Notes under the pieces: generated by a model
Database searches by the model: none
What the model was told of the DNA's origin: nothing
What the model saw: the letters and a program-made list of their open reading frames with translations, nothing else
In this document: positions 30,986 through 41,551 of the stretch, in pieces
How positions within the stretch are numbered: position 1 is the first letter of the stretch
Layout of the letters: each line of letters opens with the position of its first letter
Position numbers and translations under genes: made by a program
Assembly (NCBI GenBank): GCA_965247095.1
Contig: OZ251997.1
Span: forward strand, 352,001-416,000
Origin: Candidatus Multivorans sp.
Lineage (GTDB): Bacteria > Acidobacteriota > Thermoanaerobaculia > Multivoradales > Multivoraceae
Length of the DNA stretch: 64,000 nucleotides
Reading direction: 5' to 3'

Positions 30986-32311
30986 ATGAAGACCGCGACC
31001 TCTCGACCCGTCCTCATCATGATTGCGGCCGCCGTTGCCCTGCCGGGCGTTGGCCTGACTGCGCCTGACGCGGACACGCCCACGTTCTACCGCGACGTGC
31101 TGCCGGTGCTGCAGGAGAACTGCCAGACCTGCCACCGGCCCGAGGGCGAGAACATCGGCGGCATGATCGCGCCGATGCCGCTGATGACGTTCCAGCAGAC
31201 CCGGCCCTGGGCGCGCTCCATCGCACGAGCGGTCGAGAACCGCACGATGCCGCCCTGGTTCGCGACCGAGGCGACCGAGGGTGAGTTCCACCACGAGCGC
31301 GTGATGTCGGACAGCGAGATCGAGACGGTTCTGGCCTGGGTCCGCGGCGGCTCACCGTCCGGCAATGAAGCGGACGCGCCGCCGTCCAGGAAGTTCGTCG
31401 AGGAGGACTCCGGCGGCTGGTCGCTCGGCCGCCCCGACTTGGTCGTGCCGATGGAGGAGGAGTACTGGGTCGCCGACGACATCGCCGACATCAACATCAA
31501 CTTCGAGGCGGAACTGACCGAGGAGATGCTGACGGCGCCGGTGTGGGTGCGCGGCGTCGAGTTCAAGGTCGGCAGCAGCAAGGTCCACCACATGTGCGCC
31601 AGTCTCCGGCCGCCGGGTGGCCAGACGGCGCTGGGCAAGTTCAGCAACAACTCGCTGGGCTGTATCGCTCTGGGCGCCGAGAGCCACCTGATGGCGCCGG
31701 GCTACGCGATGAAGCTGGAGCCGGGTTCGACGATCGAGTTCTCCCTGCACTACAACAAGGAGGCCGGGGAGGGCAGCGGCTTCTCCGATCGCTCGTCGAT
31801 CGGCTTCGTGTTCGCGGACGCTCCTGAGAGCGAGCTGCGCGAGGTGAAGTTCGATTCGATCGGCAACATCACCTTCGAGATTCCGCCGGGTCACGAGCGC
31901 TGGAAGGTCGGCGCTGCGCGAGTCTTCCCGGTCGAGACCGACATCCTGGCCTTGTGGCCGCATGCCCACCTGCGGTCGGTCGCGGTGCGCTACGACGCGT
32001 TCTACCCCGACGGCACCACGGAGGTCCTGCTCGACGTCCCGAACTACGACCAGGAATGGCAGACGACGTACCAGTACAAGAAGCCGAAGACGGTGCCTGC
32101 CGGTACCCGGGTCGAGGTCTCGATGTGGTTCGAGAACTCGGCCGACCGCGGCGAGGAGCGCGGCTTCGACCCGGCCGACAACGTGATCAACGGCACGGCC
32201 ACCACCGACGAGATGATGCTCGGCTTCGTCGCCTACGCACCGGTCGTGCCGGTCGACCAGATGTCGCTGCGGCTCGGGATCGCTCCGGACCAGAGCACCG
32301 GCGGGGAGTAG
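30986..32311 (+). CDS. Secreted c-type cytochrome / copper type II (PHM-like) monooxygenase domain protein, paralog 2
   Basis: Signal peptide; CQTCH, TMPP; VHH, LHY, HAH, DEMM; colinear with 452..1771. Confidence 0.75.
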   Translation: MKTATSRPVLIMIAAAVALPGVGLTAPDADTPTFYRDVLPVLQENCQTCHRPEGENIGGMIAPMPLMTFQQTRPWARSIARAVENRTMPPWFATEATEGEFHHERVMSDSEIETVLAWVRGGSPSGNEADAPPSRKFVEEDSGGWSLGRPDLVVPMEEEYWVADDIADININFEAELTEEMLTAPVWVRGVEFKVGSSKVHHMCASLRPPGGQTALGKFSNNSLGCIALGAESHLMAPGYAMKLEPGSTIEFSLHYNKEAGEGSGFSDRSSIGFVFADAPESELREVKFDSIGNITFEIPPGHERWKVGAARVFPVETDILALWPHAHLRSVAVRYDAFYPDGTTEVLLDVPNYDQEWQTTYQYKKPKTVPAGTRVEVSMWFENSADRGEERGFDPADNVINGTATTDEMMLGFVAYAPVVPVDQMSLRLGIAPDQSTGGE

Positions 32312-32322
32312 GGGCTCCAGTC

Positions 32323-32991
32323 ATGACCGTCCTCCGCGGGCGGCGGCTGCCTGCGGCTGCCGCACTGTCGCTGTTACTGGGGGCCGTTGTCGCGGGCCCG
32401 GCCGTTGGTCAGTTCGCGAGCAGGGACAAGGTCATCGAGAAGCCCTCGAAGGAGGGCGAGGGGAAGAAACTCGATGCCTCGGGCCTGACCGTCGGCTTCG
32501 CGGCACTGGTCAGCGTGACGCGCTCGATCGATCAGGTCGAGATCGATGGCGCTCCCGTCGAGGTGAACGCCGGCAAGCTGCCGCAGATCGGCGTGGACTG
32601 GGACTCGTTCAGCGAGCACGAGGGCGGTCTGCTCGAGTTCCAGACCGCGGCGGCGATCAAGCTCCGCACCGCTACGGACCTGCTGATCGGCGACCTCGTG
32701 GTGCCGACGGGCAACGTGTCTCCCGGTTTTGCCGGTCTCTATAGCCTGTGGCTGCGTCTCGACGATGACGGACAGTGGAAGCTGATCGTCAACCACGAGC
32801 CCGATGTCTGGGGATCGATGCACGATCCGGCCCATGACCTCGGCGAAACGCGGCTCGAGCACTCCGTCGAGGAAGGCGAGAACACGAGCCTGACGATCGA
32901 GATCGAGCCGCCCGAGGGCGATGCCGCCGGTGCTCTGAAGCTGTCCTGGGGAGAGCACCGCTGGCGCACCAGTCTCTCTGCCGCCGGCTGA
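32323..32991 (+). CDS. Secreted protein, DUF2911-like
   Basis: Signal peptide; YSLWL...WKLIVN...WGSMHDPAHD...LSWGEH pattern. Confidence 0.55.
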   Translation: MTVLRGRRLPAAAALSLLLGAVVAGPAVGQFASRDKVIEKPSKEGEGKKLDASGLTVGFAALVSVTRSIDQVEIDGAPVEVNAGKLPQIGVDWDSFSEHEGGLLEFQTAAAIKLRTATDLLIGDLVVPTGNVSPGFAGLYSLWLRLDDDGQWKLIVNHEPDVWGSMHDPAHDLGETRLEHSVEEGENTSLTIEIEPPEGDAAGALKLSWGEHRWRTSLSAAG

Positions 32992-33082
32992 CGCGCAGGT
33001 TCTCGTTACGCCGCTAAGAGCGTGCGCCGCAGAACATCCGCGGAACAATGGGGTACGCCGATTCTTCCTGCCGCGCACGCTG

Positions 33083-34357
33083 CTAGCTCGCGCCGACAGG
33101 CGTAATCGGCCGCGCCCCGAGCACGGGGGCGTGCAACCCAAAGGCGACAAGGGCGCCGGCGAGGCAGCCAGCCGCCATGATCGAGAAGGTCAGGACGTGG
33201 GAGCCTGACCAGTCCGAGAGCATTCCGGCCAAGGTGGGAGCGGCTGGCGCGATGATGCCAGTGATCGCGAAGCGGGTGCCGACAGTGGTGCCGAACGCGC
33301 GCCGGCCGTAGAAGGACGAGTAAACGACCGGAATGCAGACGTAGGCGGCGCCGAAGCCCAGACCGACGAGCACCACGGAGGCGTAGGCGAGGAACGGTGT
33401 CTTCGCCACCACGAGGCCGGCGCAGCCTGCTCCCTCGAGCAGGAGCACGATGGCGAGCAGCCGCTGGGGCGGCATGAAATCGCCGACGAAGGCGCTGAAC
33501 CTGCCGAACAGACTGACCAGGACCCGGGCTCCGAGGATGGAGCCCGCCATTGCGGTGGTGAAGCCCAGGGACTCGAGGTGGAGACGGCCGTAGACGCTGA
33601 TGATCCCCCACGGCACACCGTAGGCGATCGACAGCGCAACGAGGAGGTAGAACTGGTGGGTGCGCAGGGCGAGCGGCGCGGTCCATTCGCCCAGACCGGT
33701 TGGGCCGTGCGCGTCCTCCGGCTCCTGTTCGGCCTCGGCCGCTCCACCGTCGGGCTGCTGGCCGACCCTCTCCGGCGTGCCGCGGATAGAGAGCGCTGCG
33801 ACCACGGCGACTACGGCCGAGATGCCGGCGATGATCAGCCAGCCGGTCCGCCAGTCGGCGACCCTGAGGACCTCCGGCGCGAAGTACTTGTTGACGCCGA
33901 AGCCGACTACGGCGCCGCCGCCCAGCACGAGGGCCATGGCTTTGGAGCGATAGCGGACGAACCAGTTCGAGGCCAGCGTCTGAGCTGGCAGGATGGTCGC
34001 GAAGCCGATCGCGATTCCGCCCAGGACTCCGTAGGCGAGTACGGAGTCGGCGAAGGAGTCGGCCCGGCTCATGAGCCAGAAGGCCAGCACCGCAACCACG
34101 GAGCCGGGCACCATGACCGAGCGGATTCCCCAGCGTCCCATCGCGATCCCGACCACCGGCCCGAGCAGGTGGTAGATCCAACTGAAGACGCTGAATACCA
34201 ATCCCGACTGCGTGTCGCTCAGCGACAGGTCCTGCTGCATCTCGGGCAGGAACAGCCCCCAACCGTAGTACATCGGCGAGATGCCGAAGCCATAGCAGAG
34301 CGAGCCGAGGCCCATCATCTGCCATCCGAGGAAGCGGCGGGGCGGGTTGCTCGTCAT
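33083..34357 (-). CDS. MFS transporter
   Basis: About 12 hydrophobic segments; NWFVRYRSKAMA, YGRRAFG. Confidence 0.88.
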   Translation of the reverse strand: MTSNPPRRFLGWQMMGLGSLCYGFGISPMYYGWGLFLPEMQQDLSLSDTQSGLVFSVFSWIYHLLGPVVGIAMGRWGIRSVMVPGSVVAVLAFWLMSRADSFADSVLAYGVLGGIAIGFATILPAQTLASNWFVRYRSKAMALVLGGGAVVGFGVNKYFAPEVLRVADWRTGWLIIAGISAVVAVVAALSIRGTPERVGQQPDGGAAEAEQEPEDAHGPTGLGEWTAPLALRTHQFYLLVALSIAYGVPWGIISVYGRLHLESLGFTTAMAGSILGARVLVSLFGRFSAFVGDFMPPQRLLAIVLLLEGAGCAGLVVAKTPFLAYASVVLVGLGFGAAYVCIPVVYSSFYGRRAFGTTVGTRFAITGIIAPAAPTLAGMLSDWSGSHVLTFSIMAAGCLAGALVAFGLHAPVLGARPITPVGAS

Positions 34358-34401
34358 TCCCGCTATCCCCGTGTGTTGTCTGGTGAGGTCGTTGCCGTCG
34401 A

Positions 34402-36003
34402 CTACTGCCTGCGGATCGCTTCCAGGCGGTCGTTGATCTCCCGTTCCAGCGCGGCGCCCATCTTCACCTCGTCGCCCAGTTCGAGATACGCCTGCTTGTC
34501 CGGGTCGAACTCAGGCCACGCCGGTCGGCCGCCGCCGTTGGGGTCGCCCGTGCGGGCGAACTGCACCCAGTAGTCGATCATCAGCGCCGCCAGGGCATCG
34601 TCCGTCGCGTCGTACTTTTCGCCCTCGAGCGTGTTGAAGACGTAGCCGAGTTCGGCCGCGTGATGCGCGCCCCAGGCCGGGTTCTCCGGGTTGACGCGGG
34701 TGAAGTGGTACTGAAACGCGGGCGAGGAGACCTTGTCCATGCCGAGCAGCATCTTGCGCGTTGCGCGCAGGAACCAAGTGTCGGTCATGAAGCGGTCGTG
34801 CTGCACCTTGAGTTCGTCGGCGTTCGACGACGGGTAGAGCTTGGCGACCTCTTCGGCGTCGTCGCCGTAGACGCCCTTGAGCATTGCCAGGAACTGCGCC
34901 CGCTCGGTGAGCGGCTGGAAGGCCATGAACATCGTGCCCTCGTTGCGGTTCGTGCCGGCGATCAGGGGCACGTCGTTCTGTTCGCCGGCCGCGTACCGGT
35001 CCTCACTCGACTCGGGCATGAACTTGGTGCCGTAAGTGACGTGGGGTTCGTAGCTGCCGAGCGCGCCGCCCTGGGCGGTCCTGGTGATGATCGTGCCGGC
35101 CTCGAGGGCTCGCAGCGCCTCCGCGGTCTGGTCCGCGCCGTCGTCCAGCATCGCCTTGGTCCAGGCGACTCCTACGTCCTCCGCGCTGGCAAGCCGGCCC
35201 TTGGCGCCGCGCAGCGGGCGGATGTTCGTGTCGGTGACCCAGGGGCTCTCCGCGATCGCCCGGTGGATCAGGCCCTTTGCCAGCGGGCTTGCCATCAGGG
35301 CGTGAACACTGGTGCCGCCGGCGGACTCGCCGAAGATCGTCACGTTGTTCGGGTCGCCTCCAAACTGGGCGATGTTCCGGTTGACCCACTGAAGGGCCGC
35401 GATCTGATCGAGGAAGCCGTAGTTGCCGGATTCGCCCGATTCCTTCGATAGCGCGGGATGCGCCAGGTAACCGAGCGGGCCGAGCCGGTAGTTGATCGAA
35501 ACCAGCACCGCGCCCTTGCCGGCGAAGGCGGAACCCTCGTATTGGGCCTGTTGGCTCCATCCCAGGCTCAAGCCGCCTCCGTGGATCCAGACCATGACCG
35601 GACGCGGGTCGTCGCCGGCGCCGGCGGTAGTCCAGACATTCAGGAACAGGCAGTCCTCCGAGCTCTTCGGCAGGGACTCGCCGGTCAGCATCGCCAGAGC
35701 CGGGCTCTGGGGGCAGATGGCGCCGAACTCGGTCGCCTCGCGTACGCTGCTCCACTTCGCCGGCGCCTGCGGCGCCTTCCAGCGCAGGTCGCCCTCGGGG
35801 GCCGCCGCGAAGGGGATGCCGCGGTAGACCGTCAAGCCGCTCGCCTCGTCGAGGACTTCGCCGCGCAGCGAACCCGTGTCGATGTCGACGACGGCGGCGT
35901 TGCTGCCGGCACCGTTCGCAGTCGATGTCGGCAAAAAGGCGACGGTGAGCACCGTCGTGGCGACGAGGAGCGTAACGACGACTCGGAAACGGTGGATGGT
36001 CAT
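34402..36003 (-). CDS. Type-B carboxylesterase, secreted
   Basis: SEDCLFLNVW, WIHGGG, FGGDPNNVTIFGESAGG. Confidence 0.92.
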   Translation of the reverse strand: MTIHRFRVVVTLLVATTVLTVAFLPTSTANGAGSNAAVVDIDTGSLRGEVLDEASGLTVYRGIPFAAAPEGDLRWKAPQAPAKWSSVREATEFGAICPQSPALAMLTGESLPKSSEDCLFLNVWTTAGAGDDPRPVMVWIHGGGLSLGWSQQAQYEGSAFAGKGAVLVSINYRLGPLGYLAHPALSKESGESGNYGFLDQIAALQWVNRNIAQFGGDPNNVTIFGESAGGTSVHALMASPLAKGLIHRAIAESPWVTDTNIRPLRGAKGRLASAEDVGVAWTKAMLDDGADQTAEALRALEAGTIITRTAQGGALGSYEPHVTYGTKFMPESSEDRYAAGEQNDVPLIAGTNRNEGTMFMAFQPLTERAQFLAMLKGVYGDDAEEVAKLYPSSNADELKVQHDRFMTDTWFLRATRKMLLGMDKVSSPAFQYHFTRVNPENPAWGAHHAAELGYVFNTLEGEKYDATDDALAALMIDYWVQFARTGDPNGGGRPAWPEFDPDKQAYLELGDEVKMGAALEREINDRLEAIRRQ

Positions 36004-36212
36004 GAATTCTCCTTCTCGATCCTTGGGGCCCGACTGTTGCGTCGAGGTCCGATGGTAGTCATCGCGTTTGGCCTGGTACCGAAGGCGGCATCCTAGCGGA
36101 ACGTCGAAGCCGGAGATGGACGTTTGTCACAGGTCGGCAGAGCCACTAAGGTCGTCTTTGCGGCGAGAGATGGCGGCCGCGAACACTGGCCCATTCAAAG
36201 AAGCGCAGGTTG

Positions 36213-36767
36213 ATGTCAGAACTCTCTGTAGGTGCGAAAGAAACGGCGGGGCGGCTTGATTTGGTGGGTCGGCGGCTCGCGGTAGTCGTTCCGAGCACTG
36301 TCCTCCTGTTGCTGGCTGTTCCGCTGCAAGCCGGCGAAGCGAAAGTGCCGGCAGCCGCGGCCGCATCGGAGATCGTTGCTTCCGACAACTCGGAGAGCGG
36401 CGGCTGTGTCGAAAGCAGCACGGTCATGTGCCTGCAGGATGGCCGTTACGAAGCGACGCTCGAGTGGATGAAGTCCGACGGCGAGGTGGGCTCAGCCAAG
36501 GTGGCAAGACCCCGGACCAGGGATTCCGGCTTGTTCTACTTCTTCAGCTACAACAACTGGGAGGTGCTGCTCAAGGTGCTGGATGGCTGCGCCGTCAACC
36601 GGCATCATTGGGTGTACGCCGCCTCGGCGACCGATCTCGGCCTCAACATGGTGGTTCGGGACACGGTCACCGGACAGGAGAAGGTCTACTTCAAGGGACC
36701 GGGCCCTCCGGCGCCGGCGACCACGGACTCCGGGGCGTTTCCGGACGGCTGCGAGGCGCCCTCGTAG
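36213..36767 (+). CDS. Secreted protein consisting of a single Thermoanaerobaculia-type C-terminal domain; start uncertain
   Basis: Signal-like segment then C...MCLQDGRY, DSGLFYFFS.NNWEVLLKVLDGC.VN..HWV, DTVTG, TDSGAF. Confidence 0.6.
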   Translation: MSELSVGAKETAGRLDLVGRRLAVVVPSTVLLLLAVPLQAGEAKVPAAAAASEIVASDNSESGGCVESSTVMCLQDGRYEATLEWMKSDGEVGSAKVARPRTRDSGLFYFFSYNNWEVLLKVLDGCAVNRHHWVYAASATDLGLNMVVRDTVTGQEKVYFKGPGPPAPATTDSGAFPDGCEAPS

Positions 36768-36818
36768 CTGTTTGCCCGTCAGGGTTCGCCGCCGGGCGTT
36801 GACGCCGCCCGCGCCGCG

Positions 36819-37784
36819 TCAGCCGTGGAGCGCTGCCAGTAACCGCAGACTCTGCTGCACCTCTTCCGGGGCAGCATCGGGGACGCCGCAACGGGCGATC
36901 AGGTGGGTCATGCCGATCAGCCCGGTGTAGCGGTCGATGCCATCGCGGACCTGCGGGAGATCGCCCACGAGGGCCCAGTTCTCGATGTCCAGGAGCTGCT
37001 CTTCGTTCACCAGGCGGCTGCCGGAGCGTGCCATGCGAACTGCCTGGGCGATCAGGCCGGAGCGGACGCGATCGCACGTCTGGCGGTCATTCGAGACGAA
37101 CACGGTGCGCATGATCGGCACGATGGGCCGCGGGGCGCCGGCAGGCAAAGCATCGCGGTGGACCTGGTGGTTCGCTTTCAGGCGTTGGATCGTCTCGAGC
37201 GGCGACGACAGGTACGGCAGGCCGAGTTCGCCGGCCTGCTTGAGCGCCAGCGGGCCGAAAGCGGCGACCCAGAGTTCGGGATGCGGCTGCTGGACCGGCA
37301 GCGGGGACAGGCGGACGCGGGTGCGCGCTTCCCCTTCGCCAACCTCGATCGCCTCGCCGGCCCAGGCGCGCCTCATCAGGTCGAGGGACTCCGAGAATCG
37401 CTTCCGCTTCGTCCGCGGATCCACCCCGAAGGCGGCGAACAGTGCCGGGCGGAAACCGCGTCCCAGGCCCAGGATCACCCTGCCGTTCGAGATCCGGTCG
37501 AGCACCGCGACCTCCTCGGCGGCCTGGAAGGCGTTGCGAATCGGCAGTAGGTAGGAGGTGGTTCCGACACGCAAGCGGGTCGTCCGCGCCGCCGCGGCGG
37601 CGAGGACGACCAGGGGTGATGGGCAGGCGGCAGAGCCGGTGAAGTGGCTTTCGGGCAGGAAGAGCGAATGGAAGCCGAGCCGGTCGGCGAACTCCGCCTG
37701 CTCGGCGATCGCGGCCGCCTGGTCGCCCAGGTGGTCAACCCAGGGGGTGAGTCCGACCTGGATCCTGTTCGCTTCCTCCGTCAT
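36819..37784 (-). CDS. LLM-class flavin-dependent oxidoreductase
   Basis: LPESHF, PSPLVVLAAAAARTTRLRVGT, AEEVAVLDRISNGR, PVQQPHP. Confidence 0.88.
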   Translation of the reverse strand: MTEEANRIQVGLTPWVDHLGDQAAAIAEQAEFADRLGFHSLFLPESHFTGSAACPSPLVVLAAAAARTTRLRVGTTSYLLPIRNAFQAAEEVAVLDRISNGRVILGLGRGFRPALFAAFGVDPRTKRKRFSESLDLMRRAWAGEAIEVGEGEARTRVRLSPLPVQQPHPELWVAAFGPLALKQAGELGLPYLSSPLETIQRLKANHQVHRDALPAGAPRPIVPIMRTVFVSNDRQTCDRVRSGLIAQAVRMARSGSRLVNEEQLLDIENWALVGDLPQVRDGIDRYTGLIGMTHLIARCGVPDAAPEEVQQSLRLLAALHG

Positions 37785-37805
37785 CCGCCGGCCTGGCTGT
37801 GCCGG

Positions 37806-39890
37806 TCAGGCGCGCCAGTCGCTGAAGCTCTTGCCCTGGGCGGCCAGGTCCGCCAGCAGTCCTGACGGCTGCCAGAAGTCGTCGCCGGTCTCGCCCGCGA
37901 ACTCCCGCATCCGGTCCGCGATCTTCGCCAGACCGATGCTGTCGCCCCAGTGCATCGGACCGCCCCGGTAGATGGGCCAGCCGTAGCCGTTGACCCAGAT
38001 CACGTCGATGTCGGAGGGACGGATCGCGATCCCCTCTTCCAGGATCTTCGCGCCCTCGTTCACCATGGGGTAGAGACAGCGCTCGACGATCTCCTCCTCG
38101 CCGATCTCGCGCTGGGCGATGCCCCGGGCGGCGCCGAAGTCGCTGATGATCTGGAGCACCTCCGGATCGGGCGCTGAGGCCCGGGTCTCCGGGTCGTAGA
38201 CGTAGTAGCCGCGGCCGTTCTTCTGACCGCGCCGGCCGGACTCGCACAGGATGTCGCGGATGTCGCGGGACGCCGACTCCTTCTCGTTCCAGCCGATGTC
38301 GAGGCCGGCGAGGTCGCTCATGGCGAACGGGCCCATGGGGAAGCCGAAGTCGTACAGGACGCGGTCGACGTCGTAGTACTTGGCGCCTTCCAGGATGATC
38401 CGCTGCGCCTGCGTCTGGCGCTGGAAGAGGATCCGGTTGCCGACGAAGCCGCGGCAGACGCCGACCAGCACCGGTACCTTGCCGATCTGCTTGGACAAGG
38501 TCATCGAGGTGTGGATCACGTCCTTCGCCGTCTTCTCGCCGCGCACCACCTCGAGCAGGCGCATGATGTTGGCCGGCGAGAAGAAGTGCATGCCGATCAC
38601 GTCCTCCGGCCTGCTGGTGGCGGAGGCGATCTCGTTCACGTCGAGCGCTGAGGTGTTCGTGGCCAGAATCGCGCCCGGCTTCACGATCCGGTCCAGGCTC
38701 GCGAAGATGTCCTTCTTGAGATCCATGTTCTCGAACACGGCCTCGATCACCAGGTCGCAGTCGGCGAGGGCTTCGCGGTCGGTGACGCCGTTGAGCAGCC
38801 CCATGCATTCGTCGACCTGGTCCATCGTCATCCGTCCGCGCTTGGCGGTGCGCTCGTAGTTCTTGCGGATGACGCCGAAGCCGTGGTCGATGCGGCTCTG
38901 CTCGGCCTCGACGATCGTCACGCCGATGCCGCGGTTGGCGAAGTTCATCGAAATGCCTCCGCCCATCGTGCCGCAGCCGAGGATGCCGACCTTCTCGATC
39001 TTGCGCATCTGGGTGTCGCGCGGCACGTCGGGCACCTTGGCCGCTTCGCGCTCGGCGAAGAAGTAGTAGCGCTGGGCGATCGACTGTTTGCCCGTCATCA
39101 GCTCCACGAACAGGCGCCGCTCGTAGGCGAGCGCTTCGTCGAACGACATGTCGAGCCCGGCTTCGATGGCCCGCACGTTCGCCTCCGGGGCGTCGAAGCC
39201 GCGCGTGCGGCGGCCGATGCGGCGCCGGAAATCGTCGAAGAGCTGCCGGTTGGCCCGCGCCTCGTTGACCTTTTCCTCGAGGTCGCGGATCTTCTTGAGA
39301 GGTCGGTCTTCGGCGATCACTTTCTCGGCGAAGGCGACGCCGCCCTCGAACACGTCGTCGACGATTTCGTCGATCAGGCCGCCCTCCAGGGCCTCTGATG
39401 CGGCGATCGGGTTGCCGACCGCGCACATCTCGAGCGCCTTCGGGTAGCCGACCAACCGCGGCAGTCGCTGGGTACCGCCTGCGCCGGGCAGCAGGCCGAG
39501 CTTGACCTCAGGCTGGCCAAAGCGGGCGGAGGCTATGCCCACCCGGTAGTGGCAAGCCATCGCCGTCTCCAGGCCGCCGCCGAGCGCGGTGCCGTGAATC
39601 GCCGCGACGACCGGCTTGGAGGACTGCTCCATCGCCTCGATCGCCTCGTTCAGCCCCGGCGCCTTCATCGGTTTGCCGAACTCGGTGATGTCGGCGCCGG
39701 CGATGAAGGTGCGGCCCTTGCAGACCAGCAGCACGGCGACCACGTCCTCATCGGCTGCGGCCTTGGCGAGGCCGTCGACCATCCCGGCTCGGACGCCGTG
39801 GCTGAGCGCGTTGACGGGTGGGTTGTCGATCACAAGCAGGGCGACGCCGCCGCGGACTTCGTAGTCGACCATGTCTGTCAGTGGGGTCAT
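37806..39890 (-). CDS. Enoyl-CoA hydratase / 3-hydroxyacyl-CoA dehydrogenase (FadB-like multifunctional enzyme)
   Basis: FIAGADI, GGGLE, PEVKLG; [27 protein letters not shown]. Confidence 0.92.
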   Translation of the reverse strand: MTPLTDMVDYEVRGGVALLVIDNPPVNALSHGVRAGMVDGLAKAAADEDVVAVLLVCKGRTFIAGADITEFGKPMKAPGLNEAIEAMEQSSKPVVAAIHGTALGGGLETAMACHYRVGIASARFGQPEVKLGLLPGAGGTQRLPRLVGYPKALEMCAVGNPIAASEALEGGLIDEIVDDVFEGGVAFAEKVIAEDRPLKKIRDLEEKVNEARANRQLFDDFRRRIGRRTRGFDAPEANVRAIEAGLDMSFDEALAYERRLFVELMTGKQSIAQRYYFFAEREAAKVPDVPRDTQMRKIEKVGILGCGTMGGGISMNFANRGIGVTIVEAEQSRIDHGFGVIRKNYERTAKRGRMTMDQVDECMGLLNGVTDREALADCDLVIEAVFENMDLKKDIFASLDRIVKPGAILATNTSALDVNEIASATSRPEDVIGMHFFSPANIMRLLEVVRGEKTAKDVIHTSMTLSKQIGKVPVLVGVCRGFVGNRILFQRQTQAQRIILEGAKYYDVDRVLYDFGFPMGPFAMSDLAGLDIGWNEKESASRDIRDILCESGRRGQKNGRGYYVYDPETRASAPDPEVLQIISDFGAARGIAQREIGEEEIVERCLYPMVNEGAKILEEGIAIRPSDIDVIWVNGYGWPIYRGGPMHWGDSIGLAKIADRMREFAGETGDDFWQPSGLLADLAAQGKSFSDWRA

Positions 39891-40189
39891 GCTTCTGATC
39901 TCTCCTGGCGCGGGCGCGCCGACGGGTTGCTTGAGGATGGCTGGCGAAACGGAGCGGTATCGTAGCCGCTTACTCGCTGGTCAGCTCATCCAGATAGTGG
40001 CGGATGCGGGCTGTGTTCTTGTCGAACCGGGCGCCGAGAACGCCGACCAGTCCAGTCACCAGCGCGAGGGCGGACACAAGGGGCGAAGCGAGAGCGGTCA
40101 GTGAGTACATAGGGGCTTGGAGGGTAGCAGGGACTGCTACGGTTCTCTGGTCCGTCGCCGCCCCTTCGAATGCCGCAGCCTTCATCGTC

Positions 40190-41551
40190 GTGCAGGAAGT
40201 CCGCTCCGCCCTCGCTCTTCCCGAGCTGTTGGTGGTGGCCCTGCTCTGGTTGCCACTCGTTTCATGCGCTGGCGATCCGGCCGGCAGGGGTGAGGTCCGG
40301 CGGCCGAACATCGTCCTCTACGTCGTCGATACCGTCCGTGCGGACCGCCTCGGCGTCTACGGATACGAGAAGCCCACTTCGCCGCGGCTGGACGCCTTCG
40401 CGGAAGGCGCCGTCCTGTTCGAGAACGCCTACGCCCAGTCCTCGTGGACCCGGCCCGCGGTGGCATCCCTGTTCACCGGCCTCCTGCCGCCCGGGCACCG
40501 CACCGTCGACCGTCGTTCCGTGCTGCCCGAGGAGGCGGTCACCCTGACGGAGATCCTGTCCGCCAACGGCTACGAAGGCCTGGGCCTCATCCGCAATCCG
40601 AACGTCGGCCGGGCCTTCGGGTTCGCTCAGGGCTTCACGCGTTTTCGCAGCGAGGACCGCGACCGCGACGAGACGATGCTGGACCGGGTCCGCGTCTGGC
40701 TCGATGAGCGGCAGGGCGCCGAGGTTCCGTTCTTTCTCTACCTCCATGCGATCGACCCCCACGGCCCCTACGCGCCGGCGCCAGAGTTCGAGCAGATGTT
40801 CGACGCCGGCGGGGCGCCCGCGCACTACCGTACGGTGAACTACCTGCTGCAGTTGAACCGCGGCGAGGTGGAGCCTGATGCCGGCACGGCCGAGGCACTG
40901 TCCCGGCTCTACGACGCGGAAGTCGCCCAGAACGACCGCGCCTTCGGCCAGCTCCTCGATGAACTCGAGACACGCGGTCTGGCCGGTGACACCGCGGTGA
41001 TCTACGTGTCGGATCACGGCGAGGAATTCGAGGAGCACGGCCGCTGGGAACATGGCATCTCGCTCTACGAGGAGGTGCTTCGGATTCCCTTCGTCATGCG
41101 CCTGCCGGGCATCGCCCCGCGCCGCATCGAGACGGCGGCCCAGCACGTCGATCTGCTGCCGACCCTGCTCGCCTATCTCGGCATCGAAGCGCCGGCGACG
41201 GACGGTCGCAATCTGCTCGCAGCCCGGCGTGCCGGCGATGGCCGGCCGGACGTATACACCCATCTCGACATCGACGGTCATCGCGCTGCCTCGGTGATCC
41301 GCGGTCGCTACAAGCTGGTGCTGCCGCAGTCGCCGTCGCAGGGCAGCGAGCCGATGCTGTTCGACCTGGAGACGGATCCCGGCGAGCGGGAGAACCTGGC
41401 GTCCGGTCGCCCGGAGATCGTCGAACGCATGCTGGACCTGCTCGTCGATCGCGGCCTCGCCGGCGAAGTAGAACCCGCTCTCGAGATCGACGAGGACGAG
41501 ATCGACGAGGATCTGCGGCGCAGGCTGAGGGCGCTGGGGTACGTCGACTAA
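40190..41551 (+). CDS. Sulfatase-like hydrolase lipoprotein; start uncertain
   Basis: PNIVLYVVDTVRAD, SSWTRPAVASLFTG, DPHGPY, SDHGEEF, LRALGY; lipobox LVSC. Confidence 0.85.
   Translation: MQEVRSALALPELLVVALLWLPLVSCAGDPAGRGEVRRPNIVLYVVDTVRADRLGVYGYEKPTSPRLDAFAEGAVLFENAYAQSSWTRPAVASLFTGLLPPGHRTVDRRSVLPEEAVTLTEILSANGYEGLGLIRNPNVGRAFGFAQGFTRFRSEDRDRDETMLDRVRVWLDERQGAEVPFFLYLHAIDPHGPYAPAPEFEQMFDAGGAPAHYRTVNYLLQLNRGEVEPDAGTAEALSRLYDAEVAQNDRAFGQLLDELETRGLAGDTAVIYVSDHGEEFEEHGRWEHGISLYEEVLRIPFVMRLPGIAPRRIETAAQHVDLLPTLLAYLGIEAPATDGRNLLAARRAGDGRPDVYTHLDIDGHRAASVIRGRYKLVLPQSPSQGSEPMLFDLETDPGERENLASGRPEIVERMLDLLVDRGLAGEVEPALEIDEDEIDEDLRRRLRALGYVD

Noticed and set aside
39970-40311. Small minus-strand ORF with one hydrophobic segment, or a long N-terminal extension of the sulfatase from 40004
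   Set aside because: No recognisable family or RBS; cannot tell a small gene or remnant from noise.
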